A DNA stretch of 64,000 nucleotides from Methanotrichaceae archaeon (GCA_963754945.1 CAVWIG010000013.1:1-64000), one strand, 5' to 3'. Shown: positions 52,162 to 63,376, numbered from the stretch's first letter. Notes: generated by a model not told the origin, from the sequence alone. Numbers and translations are program-made.

Positions 52162-54374
52162 GCCAATCCAAGGACCGTCTTTACAATTTGCTTCCTGCTG
52201 TTTACCGCCAGCGTGATGCAGAGCAGGGCTATCCCCTCAAGGCACTATTGCAGGTGATCTCAGAGCAGGTGAATGTCGTGGAAGACGACATCACCGGACT
52301 CTATGAGAACTGGTTCATAGAGACATGCCAGGACTGGGCCGTGCCCTATATCGGCGACCTGGTTGGCTATCGGCCTGTCGCTGAGGCAGGCGAACCTGGT
52401 GGCCAGAGTCTTAACAAGATACTCTTCCCCAGAAGGGAGGTTGCCAACACCATTGGCTATCTGCGAAGGAAAGGCACTCTGGCCCTGCTGGAACAACTGG
52501 CCCAGGGCGTTGCCGGCTGGCCGGCAAGGGCAGTGGAGTTTTACCGGCTCTTGCGAGTGGCTCAGCATATCAACCACCAACACCTTAAACGGGGCAAAAC
52601 TGTGGACCTGCGCCGGGGCGACGCCCTGGAACGTCTGGACGGTCCCTTCGACGAGCTTGCACATACTGTGGACGTGCGTCGCATAAACTCTCACCGCACT
52701 CTCGGGAGGTACAACATCCCCAGCGTTGGGGTCTATGTATGGAGGCTGAAGTCCTACTCGGTTACACAGGCCCCTGCCTACTGCATAGATAGGGATCTGA
52801 ACCATTTTACCTTCAGCGTTCTGGGAAAGGACACCAAGCTCTTCACCAAACCCACAGAGGAGCCGGACCCCACCCACATTGCCGATGAGACCAACGTTCC
52901 TACAATCATCAGACGCCGGGCCTTTGAGGAGCGACCGGAGGACTTCTATGGAGAGGGCAAAAGCCTTTGCATCTGGCGCAGCGACCTGAGCCAACCGGTC
53001 CCCGTAGAGAACATAGTAGCGGCGGACCTCAGCGATTGGTCTTATGTGCCCAAGAACGATGATCTGGCTGTGGATCCGGAGCTGGGACGGATCGCCTTAT
53101 CCAGTTCTTATTCCCTTAAAAATTCTGATGTCGCGATCTGGGTATCTTATCACTACGGGTTCAGCTCCGACATGGGGGGTGGAGAGTATCCGAGAAAGCT
53201 CAAGCAGAGACTCGAGCAAGAGGTCTATCGAGTGGGCCCGAATGAGAGTTTCCACAGGATAAGCGATGCTATATCTCAATGGAATAGTGATAAAATTAAA
53301 GAAGAGAAAAAGCGCGATGCAATCATAGAGATCGAGGACAGTGGTGCTTATGTGGAGCAGATCAAGATCACTCTGGAGGTAGGCGATCGGCTGGAGCTAC
53401 GCGCCGCCAATGGCAGTAGGCCTGTTATCCGTCTCCTGAATTGGGAGACAAACCGGTCGGATTCTTTAAAGATCGAAGGCACTGGCGGAGAGGGAAGGCT
53501 GGGTCATATAACCCTCGACGGGCTTCTTATCACAGGGAGAGGCATCAAAGTTACGGGAGAGCTCGCGGAGGTGAGGATCAGACATTCTACCCTGGTGCCA
53601 GGCTGGATGCAGGAAGACGATCATCAGACGCAAAAAGGCGCTACGCCAAGCTTGAGGCTGATCAACACTTCTGCCCGTCTGGTTATCGAAAGCAGCATCC
53701 TGGGATCTATCCTGGTGAATCAGGATGAGGTACGAACCGATCCGCTTTCTGTTTGTATCAAAGACAGCATACTGGATGCCACGGACATCGAAAAGAAAGC
53801 ATTGGATGCATCGGGATGCCCTGTGGCTTTTGCGAAGCTGACCCTCTTACGCAGCACGATTTATGGAGAAACCCAGGTCCACGCAATTGATCTGGCTGAG
53901 AACTCCATATTCTTTGGCAAGGTCACAGTGTGCCGCCGACAGAAAGGGTGCATGCGCTTCTGTTACATCACACCGGAATCCAGGACTCCTCGTCGTTACC
54001 ATTGCCAGCCAGACCTTGTGGAGCAGGCGGCAGAAGAGGAGATACGCATTGCTGCCAAAGAGTCAGGCACGGCACTGTCAATGCTGTCCGATGACGAGCT
54101 TAATGAAGAGATAAAAGCGGCAAGGCATGGCGAGAGTGACCGAGTTATACCCCAGTTCAATAGCATTCATTATGGCATACATGACTACTGCCAACTGGCC
54201 GATTCCTGTGCCAAGGAGATAAAACGGGGCGCGGACGACCAGTCTGAGATGGGGGCCTTTCACGACCTTTATCAGCCCCAGAGGGAGGCCAACCTGCGCG
54301 CCCGTCTTGAAGAGTACACACCGGCAGGGACAGATGTGGGCATCATCTTTGTGAACTTTGGAGGAGAAACATGA
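52158..54374 (+). CDS. CIS baseplate wedge / tail-P2-I-like protein
   Basis: LYNLLPAVYRQRD, FIETCQDWAVPYIGDLVG, RRKGT, SEMGAF, EYTPAG. Confidence 0.8.
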   Translation: MSQSKDRLYNLLPAVYRQRDAEQGYPLKALLQVISEQVNVVEDDITGLYENWFIETCQDWAVPYIGDLVGYRPVAEAGEPGGQSLNKILFPRREVANTIGYLRRKGTLALLEQLAQGVAGWPARAVEFYRLLRVAQHINHQHLKRGKTVDLRRGDALERLDGPFDELAHTVDVRRINSHRTLGRYNIPSVGVYVWRLKSYSVTQAPAYCIDRDLNHFTFSVLGKDTKLFTKPTEEPDPTHIADETNVPTIIRRRAFEERPEDFYGEGKSLCIWRSDLSQPVPVENIVAADLSDWSYVPKNDDLAVDPELGRIALSSSYSLKNSDVAIWVSYHYGFSSDMGGGEYPRKLKQRLEQEVYRVGPNESFHRISDAISQWNSDKIKEEKKRDAIIEIEDSGAYVEQIKITLEVGDRLELRAANGSRPVIRLLNWETNRSDSLKIEGTGGEGRLGHITLDGLLITGRGIKVTGELAEVRIRHSTLVPGWMQEDDHQTQKGATPSLRLINTSARLVIESSILGSILVNQDEVRTDPLSVCIKDSILDATDIEKKALDASGCPVAFAKLTLLRSTIYGETQVHAIDLAENSIFFGKVTVCRRQKGCMRFCYITPESRTPRRYHCQPDLVEQAAEEEIRIAAKESGTALSMLSDDELNEEIKAARHGESDRVIPQFNSIHYGIHDYCQLADSCAKEIKRGADDQSEMGAFHDLYQPQREANLRARLEEYTPAGTDVGIIFVNFGGET

Positions 54375-55894
54375 AAGGCGAGTTTAGAGGAGATTTTTCA
54401 CGCGACACCTTCGACCCCAGCAAGCACTTCATGCGTGTGCTGATGCAGCAGGGCAGGGTCAGCCTGGACGCAGACTGGAACGAGCAGACGGATATATTGT
54501 TGCACTACATACAAACGCTGGCAAAGGACCTCATAGGACCCTTTGCGGGACCTGAGGATGCAGATGAGCGAGGATTCGGCATAACTCCGACGACTTCACC
54601 CAGTTCGCCCAAGAGCTTCTACATCAGCCGTGGTCGGTACTATGTTGACGGCATTCTATGCGAGAATGGACCGGACAACAATATATGCGAAAATGGGGCG
54701 GACGAGTTGGTGGATTATTACAATCAACCGGACTACCCCCGTGATATTAGCGAGAACGATTTCCCTCAAACCGGCGATCTACCCTTACTGGTCTACCTGG
54801 ACGTCTGGGAGCGCCATATCAGCTATATTGAGGACGATTACATAAGGGAGAAAGCTCTGGGTGTTGCGGATACGGCGAGCAGATCCAAGGTGGTGTGGCA
54901 GGTTAAGGCGCTGAAATCAGGTGACGATTGGAGAAAATATGTGGGAGATACAGAAATATCTTGCAACGCCATCGAGGGAAACTGGAGCGAGATTGTGGAG
55001 AATCTGCTACAAAAGGCTAATCGGGGATGTCTCAAAGCCCGGGCAAAGGAGACCGATGCGGCGCCGACTGAACCCTGCATAACCGCTCCCGAGTCAAGCT
55101 ACAGGGGAGAGGAGAATCAGCTCTACCGGGTGGAGATACATAGAGGCGGACTTGCTCTAAAGGATGGTGGATCGAATAAATTCGATGCTGCCACATTCAA
55201 GTGGTCTCGCGATAACGGCACAGTAACCTTCCCTATCATTTCTAAAGCAGGCAATACGTTAGTGCTGGAGCACCTGGGGAGAGACGACAGGCTGAGCCTG
55301 GAGAAGGACGACTGGGTAGAGGTGGTTGATGACGACTATACACTGCTGATCCAATCCAGGCCCTCTCCACTGGCTGGAACCAGGATTCTGGCTCAGGTCG
55401 ACACAGTGGACACGACTGAGATGACGGTGACTCTAAGGCTGCAAGACAGCACAAAATTGCCTGATTATTCGGAAGGTAGCCAAAATCATCCGCTGCTGCG
55501 TCGCTGGGACCACAAAAAAGGCGACCCGACTGTGCAGGACGAGCCTGAACTGGCGGATGATGATGGTGCTCTCTATGTAGAGGAGGGTAACTGGCTAACT
55601 CTGGAAGACGGGGTCCAGGTTTGGTTCCAAAAACTAGATACGGTTTACAGCTATCAAACAGGCGACTACTGGCTGGTCCCTGCGCGCACAGCCACGGGGG
55701 ATGTGGAATGGCCGAAGGATGCCCAAGGCGCTCCGAGGCCTTTTCCCCCTCATGGAATTGTTCACCACTATGCTCCTCTGGCCTATATTGATAATGGTGA
55801 TGGAGGAAATTGGGTGCAAACGGATTGTCGCTGTGCGATCAAAAGGGCTTTAAATCCGCCATGCGGCGAAATGCAAAATAGAAAGAAATCGTAG
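54371..55894 (+). CDS. DUF6519-domain protein (CIS fibre-associated)
   Basis: GDFSR, MQQGRV.LDADWNE, GRYYVDGI, ENQLYRVEIH, GDYWLVPAR, HHYAPLA. Confidence 0.85.
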   Translation: MKGEFRGDFSRDTFDPSKHFMRVLMQQGRVSLDADWNEQTDILLHYIQTLAKDLIGPFAGPEDADERGFGITPTTSPSSPKSFYISRGRYYVDGILCENGPDNNICENGADELVDYYNQPDYPRDISENDFPQTGDLPLLVYLDVWERHISYIEDDYIREKALGVADTASRSKVVWQVKALKSGDDWRKYVGDTEISCNAIEGNWSEIVENLLQKANRGCLKARAKETDAAPTEPCITAPESSYRGEENQLYRVEIHRGGLALKDGGSNKFDAATFKWSRDNGTVTFPIISKAGNTLVLEHLGRDDRLSLEKDDWVEVVDDDYTLLIQSRPSPLAGTRILAQVDTVDTTEMTVTLRLQDSTKLPDYSEGSQNHPLLRRWDHKKGDPTVQDEPELADDDGALYVEEGNWLTLEDGVQVWFQKLDTVYSYQTGDYWLVPARTATGDVEWPKDAQGAPRPFPPHGIVHHYAPLAYIDNGDGGNWVQTDCRCAIKRALNPPCGEMQNRKKS

Positions 55895-56062
55895 CTGCAT
55901 GAAAAGCATGCCCAGTGTCAGATCCTGGGCATTTATGGTTTTTTTTGGGACCGTTGCCCTTTTCATTATTTCTTGAGGATTTCAAAAATCATTGCATTAG
56001 CAGTCCATGAATAGGACAACGTTAATATTTTTCAACTTAACACTTCCGTCTTTATTGAATGA

Positions 56063-56839
56063 TCAGGCGAATCCATCTACAAATTCTTTTATATTGTATC
56101 TTAGATCCTGATGATATCCTCCTTCAAGAATGGCAAATCGTCTTCCTCCGCAGCTCATAGAGCCTTTCTTGATCACCTGGCCGATCCTTTTATAGTCCTC
56201 AGTGTAAAGAAGCTTGCCCCAATCCTCGATATATGTATCGAAGCCTGCCGAGACGCTTACGATATCATAATCAAAGCTCTCGAAAGCCTCCTCCACTTGA
56301 TTGATATAACCGCTATTGTTCAAGCTCAAGTAGTTAAACTCCGGATCTACTGACCCGGGATTGACGATCTTCACATTTTCATCTCCACGGAAGATGCTTA
56401 CTGTTCCGTCTCCGAAGTGCAGATCGATGTCGATTATCAGTATCCTTTCGGTCAAGGGTCTGATCTTTTGAACTGCCATCGCCATATTGTTGAAGAAGCA
56501 TAATCCCCAAGCCCGATTAGCCGACGCATGATGACCTGGTGGCCTTATCAGGGCAAACGTCGGCTCGCCCTGCATAGCTAGCTCCGCAGCCGTGATAGCT
56601 CCTCCCGCAGCCAGTGTGGCGGCCTCGTACAATCCCATGTGCTTCACTCTCTCCATGTGCTCTCTACCGTGAACCCTGGCCACGTCCTCGTCGCTTGCAG
56701 CGCTCGGCTCTACGAACTCATAGCCTGCCTTTTTTAGTTCCATAGCAGGAAGCCTCACCCTTTCAGGATTCTCCACAGGGTTAGTAGGGTAGCGCTCCTC
56801 ATATTTAGTGCTATAAATTATTTTCATGGAGTTCAGCAT
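56063..56839 (-). CDS. Histone deacetylase-family protein
   Basis: RPPGHHA, FFNN, DIDLHFGDGT, SAGFD, LEGGY. Confidence 0.92.
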   Translation of the reverse strand: MLNSMKIIYSTKYEERYPTNPVENPERVRLPAMELKKAGYEFVEPSAASDEDVARVHGREHMERVKHMGLYEAATLAAGGAITAAELAMQGEPTFALIRPPGHHASANRAWGLCFFNNMAMAVQKIRPLTERILIIDIDLHFGDGTVSIFRGDENVKIVNPGSVDPEFNYLSLNNSGYINQVEEAFESFDYDIVSVSAGFDTYIEDWGKLLYTEDYKRIGQVIKKGSMSCGGRRFAILEGGYHQDLRYNIKEFVDGFA

Positions 56840-56969
56840 CTCTTCTTGACAGGCAATCTCTTGAGCACGGTCATTATTTTATACCTTACGAACGTTAACC
56901 CGTGTTAAATTTTATATACAAAACATACATTATCCCGTAATTGAAAAAGAAGTTCAAATTCATGCCTAT

Positions 56970-58240
56970 GGTAGTGTGCCGAGATTTCTGTAATTTGGAG
57001 TTGCCCTGTATCCCAACATACTCAATCAGCATCCATAGATAAATACTTTTTAGCGGTCAGCCATTCTTCGTTGATATCGATGAGGATCGAAACCCCTAAC
57101 CTCATGAACGAGCTCTCACTTGGGAAGGCACCGACTACCCTGGATCTTCTTTTCAGCTCCTTGTTGATCCTCTCCAGCCCGTTTGTAGTCCGAATCCTTC
57201 TCCAGTGACCTCTGGGGAATGCCCTGTAATTCCACAGACTGAATCTGAAGCGGTCGATAGTGTCAGCAGATTTCGCATAACCTCTTTCCCTCAATTCTTT
57301 CGCTAAGTCCTGTATCTTGATTTCGTCTTCCAGAGCGATCTTGATCTTATCGGCGATCTCCTTATGATACTTCTTGGCAACGTTTCTCAAGACCGCTCTT
57401 GAAAAGTGAACGTGACACATTTGCCATGAAGCACCAAGAAATGATTTCTCAACCGCTTTCTGGATTCCCTTATGACCATCTGATATCACGAGCTTTACTC
57501 CGGACAACCCACGATCCGCCAGATCTTGAAATAATCCCGACCAGAAGAGTTCATCTTCACTGTCAGCTATTCTTGCGCCAAGTATCTCGCGATAACCGTC
57601 ATCTCTAACACCTGTGACGATCATGAAAGCTTTGGTAACATATCTTGATTCTGTTCTTACTTTGAAGTAGCTTGCATCTACATAAAGATAAGGAATAGGA
57701 CGTTCGATAGGTTTCTTCAGGAATTCTTCTACCTTCTCGTCAAGCTCTTTGGATATCCTGGAAACGCTAGAGGCAGATAAATTCTCGATGCCAAATCGAG
57801 AGACAATATCTTGGATTCTCCTGGTTGAAACCCCCTGGAGATACGATTCGAGTACAGCGTTGACCAAAGCCTTCTCTACGCGCGAAAATCTGTCGAACAC
57901 CTTGGTTTCGAAGGAAATTTCACGGAATTGAGGTTTCTTGAGTCGGAGCTCTCCAACTCGCGTCTTCAGAGATCTTTCCTTGTAGCCATTCCTATGTGCC
58001 TTTCGGGATTCGACTCTCTGATACGGTTCTGCATCTGCCTGTTGCGCCGCTTCTAGCTGCATTACAAGGTTCAAGAACCAGGTCAGAAGCTTCTTTAGTC
58101 CATCTTCCTGATCGATAAGGTAATCTTCCAAGAGTGCTATGGGTATCATGGTCCTGTGTCCTCCTTTTCTCAAGATTGGATAGGATACAGGGCCGATAAT
58201 CATTCTTATTATCAAAGTACAGAAAAATCGTTACACTGCC
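56970..58240 (-). mobile_element. IS256 element (transposase 57022-58215), TSD TGCCTAT
   Basis: Inverted copy of 36256-37526. Confidence 0.95.
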
Positions 58241-58333
58241 TGCCTATCGCAAGTTAGATATAGAACAGTACTCCCGTTAAACTCGTAATGGCCCGCTGCC
58301 GTTCTCGGGGACGGCAGTCAATAATACCTAAAG

Positions 58334-58879
58334 GTGATAAATATAACACAAAATCGTGCGGCTGTATTCATAGATGGTGCGTATCTTACAAAGATCTTGG
58401 ATATCGATTTTGGCAAGCCCAAGATAGACCTAGCCAAATTTTCTGATATACTATGTGGCGACTATGAGCGTCTCAGGACGTACTATTATACCTGTATGCC
58501 CTATCAGAGCTGTCCTCCGACGGAAGATGAGCGCAGAAGGTTTTCATCCATGGACAAGTTCGTCTACACCCTCAAGAAGCTTCCCAGGTTCGAGGTGAAG
58601 CTGGGAAGGTTGGGGTGCGTCGCCGGGGAGTACATACAGAAGAGGGTTGACATAGCTCTGGCGGTTGATCTGGTAAGATTGAGCAGCATCAGGTCGATAA
58701 GCAAAGCGGTGATGGTGACAGGAGATAGCGATTTCGTTCCAGCGATCGAGGCGGCGAAAGACCTAGGAGTCCTGGTGGAGCTGTACTATTCACCAAGCTC
58801 GATACACGATGAACTTCTATCCGCAGTGGACCAGAGCTTCATGATGGACGAAGTGCTGATCGAGCAGGTAGTACGGTAG
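58334..58879 (+). CDS. NYN/LabA (DUF88) PIN-like protein
   Basis: FIDGAY, QKRVD, TGDSDFVP. Confidence 0.88.
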   Translation: MINITQNRAAVFIDGAYLTKILDIDFGKPKIDLAKFSDILCGDYERLRTYYYTCMPYQSCPPTEDERRRFSSMDKFVYTLKKLPRFEVKLGRLGCVAGEYIQKRVDIALAVDLVRLSSIRSISKAVMVTGDSDFVPAIEAAKDLGVLVELYYSPSSIHDELLSAVDQSFMMDEVLIEQVVR

Positions 58880-58954
58880 TGCAGTTGTGCAAAAGCCAAT
58901 TAGGAGAATTAGCTGCAAGTAATTCAAGGCATAAATAGGACCCTCTGGATCACG

Positions 58955-59863
58955 TCAGCTGGTCGATCTCGATGGAATCGACGTTTGACTCGTCCGGTAA
59001 ACGTCGTTCTTAAGATCCAGAAGCCAGGTCTCTTCATCTAGCTTTGAAGTGTCCTCGTATCTGGAAAGTGCCTCTTTCACGAATCCCGCCAATCCGCCAG
59101 GATAATAGGCTTCCAGAGCATCGAGTTCAGCCATTCTCTTCCGGCTAAAGCCATAGGGCGTTATGTACGTTTCGTACATCTTTCGATACTCCTTAGCTCC
59201 TTGTTCTCCCTGGACCATGGGTATCTTGAGGTCAAAGACCTGTTTAGGAGTCAGGCCAATGTGCTTTACCCTTATGTCTTTCCCCTCAGCGGATTTTGCC
59301 TCAGCAATAGCTCTTGCCAGATCCCGACAGAATAAGAAGCTGCTGATGCTTAGGTCAGAAAGGCATACGATTATGGTTGGTCGATCCGATCGTTGGCAGA
59401 GGATTTCTACAGCTTCTCTGTATGGCTTGCTGCTAACTGAGACCAAGGTTGCCTTGTGCTTAGTGCAGGCAGGAAGGATAAGCTGGTTCAACGCGGACTT
59501 GTTTATCCATACTTCCATTCGTGGTTTTGTTGTGTCTTTAGAAGACGTTTCCGGAAGAAATACCTGCTCTCCCGGGATCTCATCGAGGATAGCGTCTTCG
59601 GGTATGAATCCAAGTTTCCTGGCCCTGCTGACCCATTTGGGAAGGCGTTCTCCGTCGCCTTCTGTATATGGCCTACAGATCCTGATCTCTCCCACTAGTT
59701 TGCCGCAGATGGGATAATCAGATACTCCTCTGCGCATCGCAAAGTAGAAAAGCGCTCTTACCGTAGTCCTGGGGCGGCCGAAATCCTTCAAGGCTTCAGC
59801 AACCCATCTTGACTTGGTCCTGTCAGTCTCAGTATCGACAAATGGCTCAGTCATGATTAGCAA
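58955..59863 (-). CDS. Toprim-fold protein (topoisomerase VI-A/JetD-like), probably degenerate
   Basis: TTVRALFY, EVWINK, LSDLS, ELDALE. Confidence 0.55.
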   Translation of the reverse strand: MLIMTEPFVDTETDRTKSRWVAEALKDFGRPRTTVRALFYFAMRRGVSDYPICGKLVGEIRICRPYTEGDGERLPKWVSRARKLGFIPEDAILDEIPGEQVFLPETSSKDTTKPRMEVWINKSALNQLILPACTKHKATLVSVSSKPYREAVEILCQRSDRPTIIVCLSDLSISSFLFCRDLARAIAEAKSAEGKDIRVKHIGLTPKQVFDLKIPMVQGEQGAKEYRKMYETYITPYGFSRKRMAELDALEAYYPGGLAGFVKEALSRYEDTSKLDEETWLLDLKNDVYRTSQTSIPSRSTS

Positions 59864-60219
59864 AGGTCCACTTCTGCTTCATCGCAGATAAATATATGTC
59901 CTTTTTACCTGCGCTGCATTAGGATGACTACTCTGACACAAGATAGCAATAACTTGGCTATCGATAGCATTAAATCCCGAACATCTTTTAGCAGACTCCG
60001 GAGAAACCGATATGGTGGCTACAGCGGCAACACATGCTGACCTCCAAACCCATATGGGATCTATTTTGAGTGCCACGTAGCCCACCTTTTAGTGCTTAGG
60101 CATAAGCGTGATCTCCACACCTGAATCCAGGTGAACTTAAAAATTATAGAACCAGAATCTCTAAATAAAACTAAGTCCTATATCTATACTAAGTTTTTGA
60201 ATCGTAATTGAGGAAGATC

Positions 60220-60542
60220 ATGAAAGATAAATACCTTACAACGAACCTGGGAGTTCCCGTTGCCGACAACCAAAATTCACTAATCCTTGGCAAACGTGGA
60301 CCCGTAAGGCTACCATCTGGATGGAGATGTAGTTCGCCGGAAGATCTGCCTGACCAATGACTTCGAGCAGGCCTGGCGAACGCTACCGATCCCTTGGCAA
60401 GGTCGATCAGGATCATCTGGTGGACAACATCGTCGACTCGCTGAGAAAAGCGGATAAACCGATTAAGTTGCGCATGGTTGAAAATCTTTCCAAGGCAGAC
60501 CAAGAGCTTGGCAGGCGCGTGGCTGAAGGGCTTGGAGCTTAA
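60220..60542 (+). pseudogene. Internally deleted monofunctional catalase
   Basis: MKDKYLTTNLGVPVADNQNSLILGKRGPV (N-terminus) joined to NDFEQA.GERYRSL..LVDNI..AD.ELGRRVAEGL (C-terminus). Confidence 0.85.
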
Positions 60543-60611
60543 TTGAGATTGATCGTTTAGAAACTAAGATGAACATCAGAAAACCAATGTACGTACGAGG
60601 AGATTCAAAAA

Positions 60612-61190
60612 ATGAAGAGCCTTAAAGGGTCAAAGACCGAGAAGAATGTACTGCTGTCCTTTGCCGGGGAATCCCAGGCAAGGAACAGATACTCATATTT
60701 TGCCTCCCAGGCGAAGAATGAAGGCTATGAGCAGATAGCGGCAATATTCCTGGACACCGCCGACAACGAAAAGGAGCATGCAAAGGTGTTCTTCAAGCTC
60801 CTGGAGGGAGGAGAACCCTTAGAGGTTACTGGTGCCTTCCCGCCTGGAATTATCGGGGACACCAAGGCCAATCTCAAGGCTGCAGCCGAGGGTGAAATGT
60901 TCGAGAACACCAAGCTGTACCCGGGATTTGCAGGCATCGCCGAGGGCGAAGGATTCCCCGAAATCGCCAGTACCTTCAAACTGATATCCAGCGTCGAGAA
61001 AGGGCATGAGAACCGATATCGTGCACTGCTCAAGAACGTAGAGGAGGGCACTGTCTTCAAGAAGGGCGGGAAAGTCTTCTGGAGATGCCGCAACTGCGGG
61101 TACATTCATGAGGACACAGAGGCTCCGGAGGAGTGTCCGGCCTGCCAGCATCCCAGGGCTTACTACGAGGTTTTGGGCAAGAATTACTGA
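60612..61190 (+). CDS. rbr: Rubrerythrin
   Basis: [30 protein letters not shown]. Confidence 0.95.
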   Translation: MKSLKGSKTEKNVLLSFAGESQARNRYSYFASQAKNEGYEQIAAIFLDTADNEKEHAKVFFKLLEGGEPLEVTGAFPPGIIGDTKANLKAAAEGEMFENTKLYPGFAGIAEGEGFPEIASTFKLISSVEKGHENRYRALLKNVEEGTVFKKGGKVFWRCRNCGYIHEDTEAPEECPACQHPRAYYEVLGKNY

Positions 61191-61322
61191 GGAAGAACGC
61201 CTAATAGAAAGGCGACCTGATTTTTTTTGAGAATTTTTTGATGATTATTTAATTCTAGTGTTTAATTCTGGTGTCTCAGCCAGAGATCAGCGCCGCTTCA
61301 ACTCTCCAATTTCTTCATTGAT

Positions 61323-61979
61323 CTATTCGCCTATCTCCATCTGGAGGTCCACAAGATACTGCTTCAGAACTACTGCCCTTCTCTTAGCGATCCTCCTGGC
61401 GGTCTCGGTGTACATCCCGGACTCAAGCTTTAATAGCTTTTTAAAGAAGTGGTCAAGGTTCCACATTTTGTCGTCCGGAGCCCTGGTCTTGCAGAATGGG
61501 TCATCGGGGCTGTAGAATTTTCTTCCCATGGAACCGCCGGTTATGAAGACTCTCGCTATTCCTATTGCGCCCATTGCATCCAGCCGGTCCGCATCCTGGA
61601 GGATCTTGGCTTCCTTTGTGGCCGGAACTATGCCTTTGGAGAAGCGGTGGACGTCGATGGCATAAAGGACCTTGTTTCTTAAATCCTCGGGAAGGCTCTT
61701 CTTCTTCAGGAAATCCTCTGCAATCCCCAGTCGAAGAGCATCCGATTCTGCTGATTCCCCGGAAAGCTTTGATTCAGCTCCTACGTCATGCAGGAGGGCT
61801 GCATAGAGAAGAACCTGCATGTCAGCACCTTCCGCCTTGCCTATTTTTTGGGCGTTTTTGTAAACCCTTAATATGTGAGAAAAATCGTGGGCCGAATCTG
61901 CTGATTCGTACATCTCCTTGATCTCATCCAGCGTGGTTTCTGCAATGGTTTCCACATCAAAGTCTATCTCGGAGCACAT
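61323..61979 (-). CDS. HD-domain phosphohydrolase
   Basis: HDFSH, LLHDVG, QDADRLDA. Confidence 0.9.
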   Translation of the reverse strand: MCSEIDFDVETIAETTLDEIKEMYESADSAHDFSHILRVYKNAQKIGKAEGADMQVLLYAALLHDVGAESKLSGESAESDALRLGIAEDFLKKKSLPEDLRNKVLYAIDVHRFSKGIVPATKEAKILQDADRLDAMGAIGIARVFITGGSMGRKFYSPDDPFCKTRAPDDKMWNLDHFFKKLLKLESGMYTETARRIAKRRAVVLKQYLVDLQMEIGE

Positions 61980-62100
61980 CTATGCGAGATTCCGTCCTCA
62001 GCATAAATAATCTATCGGGAGAGCGGATTGATGTGATTGATACTACAGATAATGAGCAATTGAATCCAAACTGTGACTGACTGCTATCAAGGTCTCGACA

Positions 62101-63120
62101 CTATTCTACACTATAATTCAATCCTTCTGCCTTGGCAATCTGGGCCAGGTAATCCTGAACAGACTTCTTATGGCCATTCTGGCTTGCCAGCCTCTGAATC
62201 TCTCTCATCACGCCGCTACCGTATTGCATGGCTTTCTTCTCGTATTGAGCTATCGAGTGTGGAAGGTATCTCTCTGCTACATCCCTAAGAGGCAGCTTTC
62301 TAACTCCTCCACACACCTTCTTTTCAGGCGGGATGGCGCGGGCTGCCTGTACGACTCTCACATCCATGTAGGGCAGCGAGAAGGACGTGTTATGAAGTGC
62401 AGCCACTGCCTGATCCCTGGCAAGCTGGATGGGAAGGCCAAGAAAATCTCTCTCAAGATCCTGGCAAAGGGTGTCCGTTTGGAGATAGCGCGCGTATCCG
62501 CCAAAGAGCTCGTCTGCGCCCTGGCCTGCGAGGATGCGCCTGTAGCCGTGGCTTCCTGCCCATTCGGCGACGAAGTACAGGGTTGTAGCAACTGATGCAT
62601 TCACAGGGTCTATCTTGGGAATAACACGCAGAACCTGGACCAATGCTGCCTCAATCGATCCCGGGTCTACAACTACCGTGTTTAGGCACAGTCCAAGCTC
62701 GGTTGCCACCTGCTGCGCCCGTCCCAGGTCGTGAGAACCGGCGACTCCTACGGCAATGCACTCTCGCCCGGCCAATTTGGCAACCAGGGCTGAATCAACA
62801 CCACCTGAGAGTGCGACTACGCCTTCATCGCTCCTGAGCCTGACGGCTATCTCGATTGCCTCGCCAAGATCCATCTGAGGATATTCCGGATCTACTCTAC
62901 AGGCATCTTTCCCTTTGCAGACAACTGTTCCAGCAGGGGAGTCTCCGACCATAATCCCAAAGTGGTCGCGTGCCGTGCATCCGTTCCATTTTAGGAAGAA
63001 CTCGCCCCCGAATCTCGAAATCGCGCCGGGATTTTCTAAGAGAATAGTCTTCAACTCATCATAGGAGAGCCGTTTTCCTTCCAGCTCAATCCAGCCCTTA
63101 AGCTCAATATTAGAAACCAT
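62101..63120 (-). CDS. Asparagine synthase-related protein
   Basis: ALSGGVDS, GQGADELFGGY, KKAMQYGSG. Confidence 0.88.
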   Translation of the reverse strand: MVSNIELKGWIELEGKRLSYDELKTILLENPGAISRFGGEFFLKWNGCTARDHFGIMVGDSPAGTVVCKGKDACRVDPEYPQMDLGEAIEIAVRLRSDEGVVALSGGVDSALVAKLAGRECIAVGVAGSHDLGRAQQVATELGLCLNTVVVDPGSIEAALVQVLRVIPKIDPVNASVATTLYFVAEWAGSHGYRRILAGQGADELFGGYARYLQTDTLCQDLERDFLGLPIQLARDQAVAALHNTSFSLPYMDVRVVQAARAIPPEKKVCGGVRKLPLRDVAERYLPHSIAQYEKKAMQYGSGVMREIQRLASQNGHKKSVQDYLAQIAKAEGLNYSVE

Positions 63121-63339
63121 GAAATCGCAATTTATAGTCTTACAATGGTATCCAAATAACTATCGTCGTGTGGGCAGGCGTCGGAGAAGATTACATTCCA
63201 TGACAGAGTCATGATTTTCAGCACAATTCTCAATTCCTAACATTGGATTGACTGTTCTATAGAATAAGGCAATCAAATTTAATGTGCCTTTGCCATCAGA
63301 ACTTTTTCGACTCATTTTTCAAGTTGCTAACACCTCGAC

Positions 63340-63376
63340 GTTTCAATCCTTGTCTTCGTGGATCGTGCTCTCGAAG
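63340..63376 (-). CRISPR. Solitary 37-bp CRISPR repeat
   Basis: Minus strand reads CTTCGAGAGCACGATCCACGAAGACAAGGATTGAAAC, with the ATTGAAAC handle typical of methanogen repeats. Confidence 0.75.

Noticed and set aside
61256-61270. TAGTGTTTAAT as another IS630-type MITE end
   Set aside because: No partner inverted end nearby.
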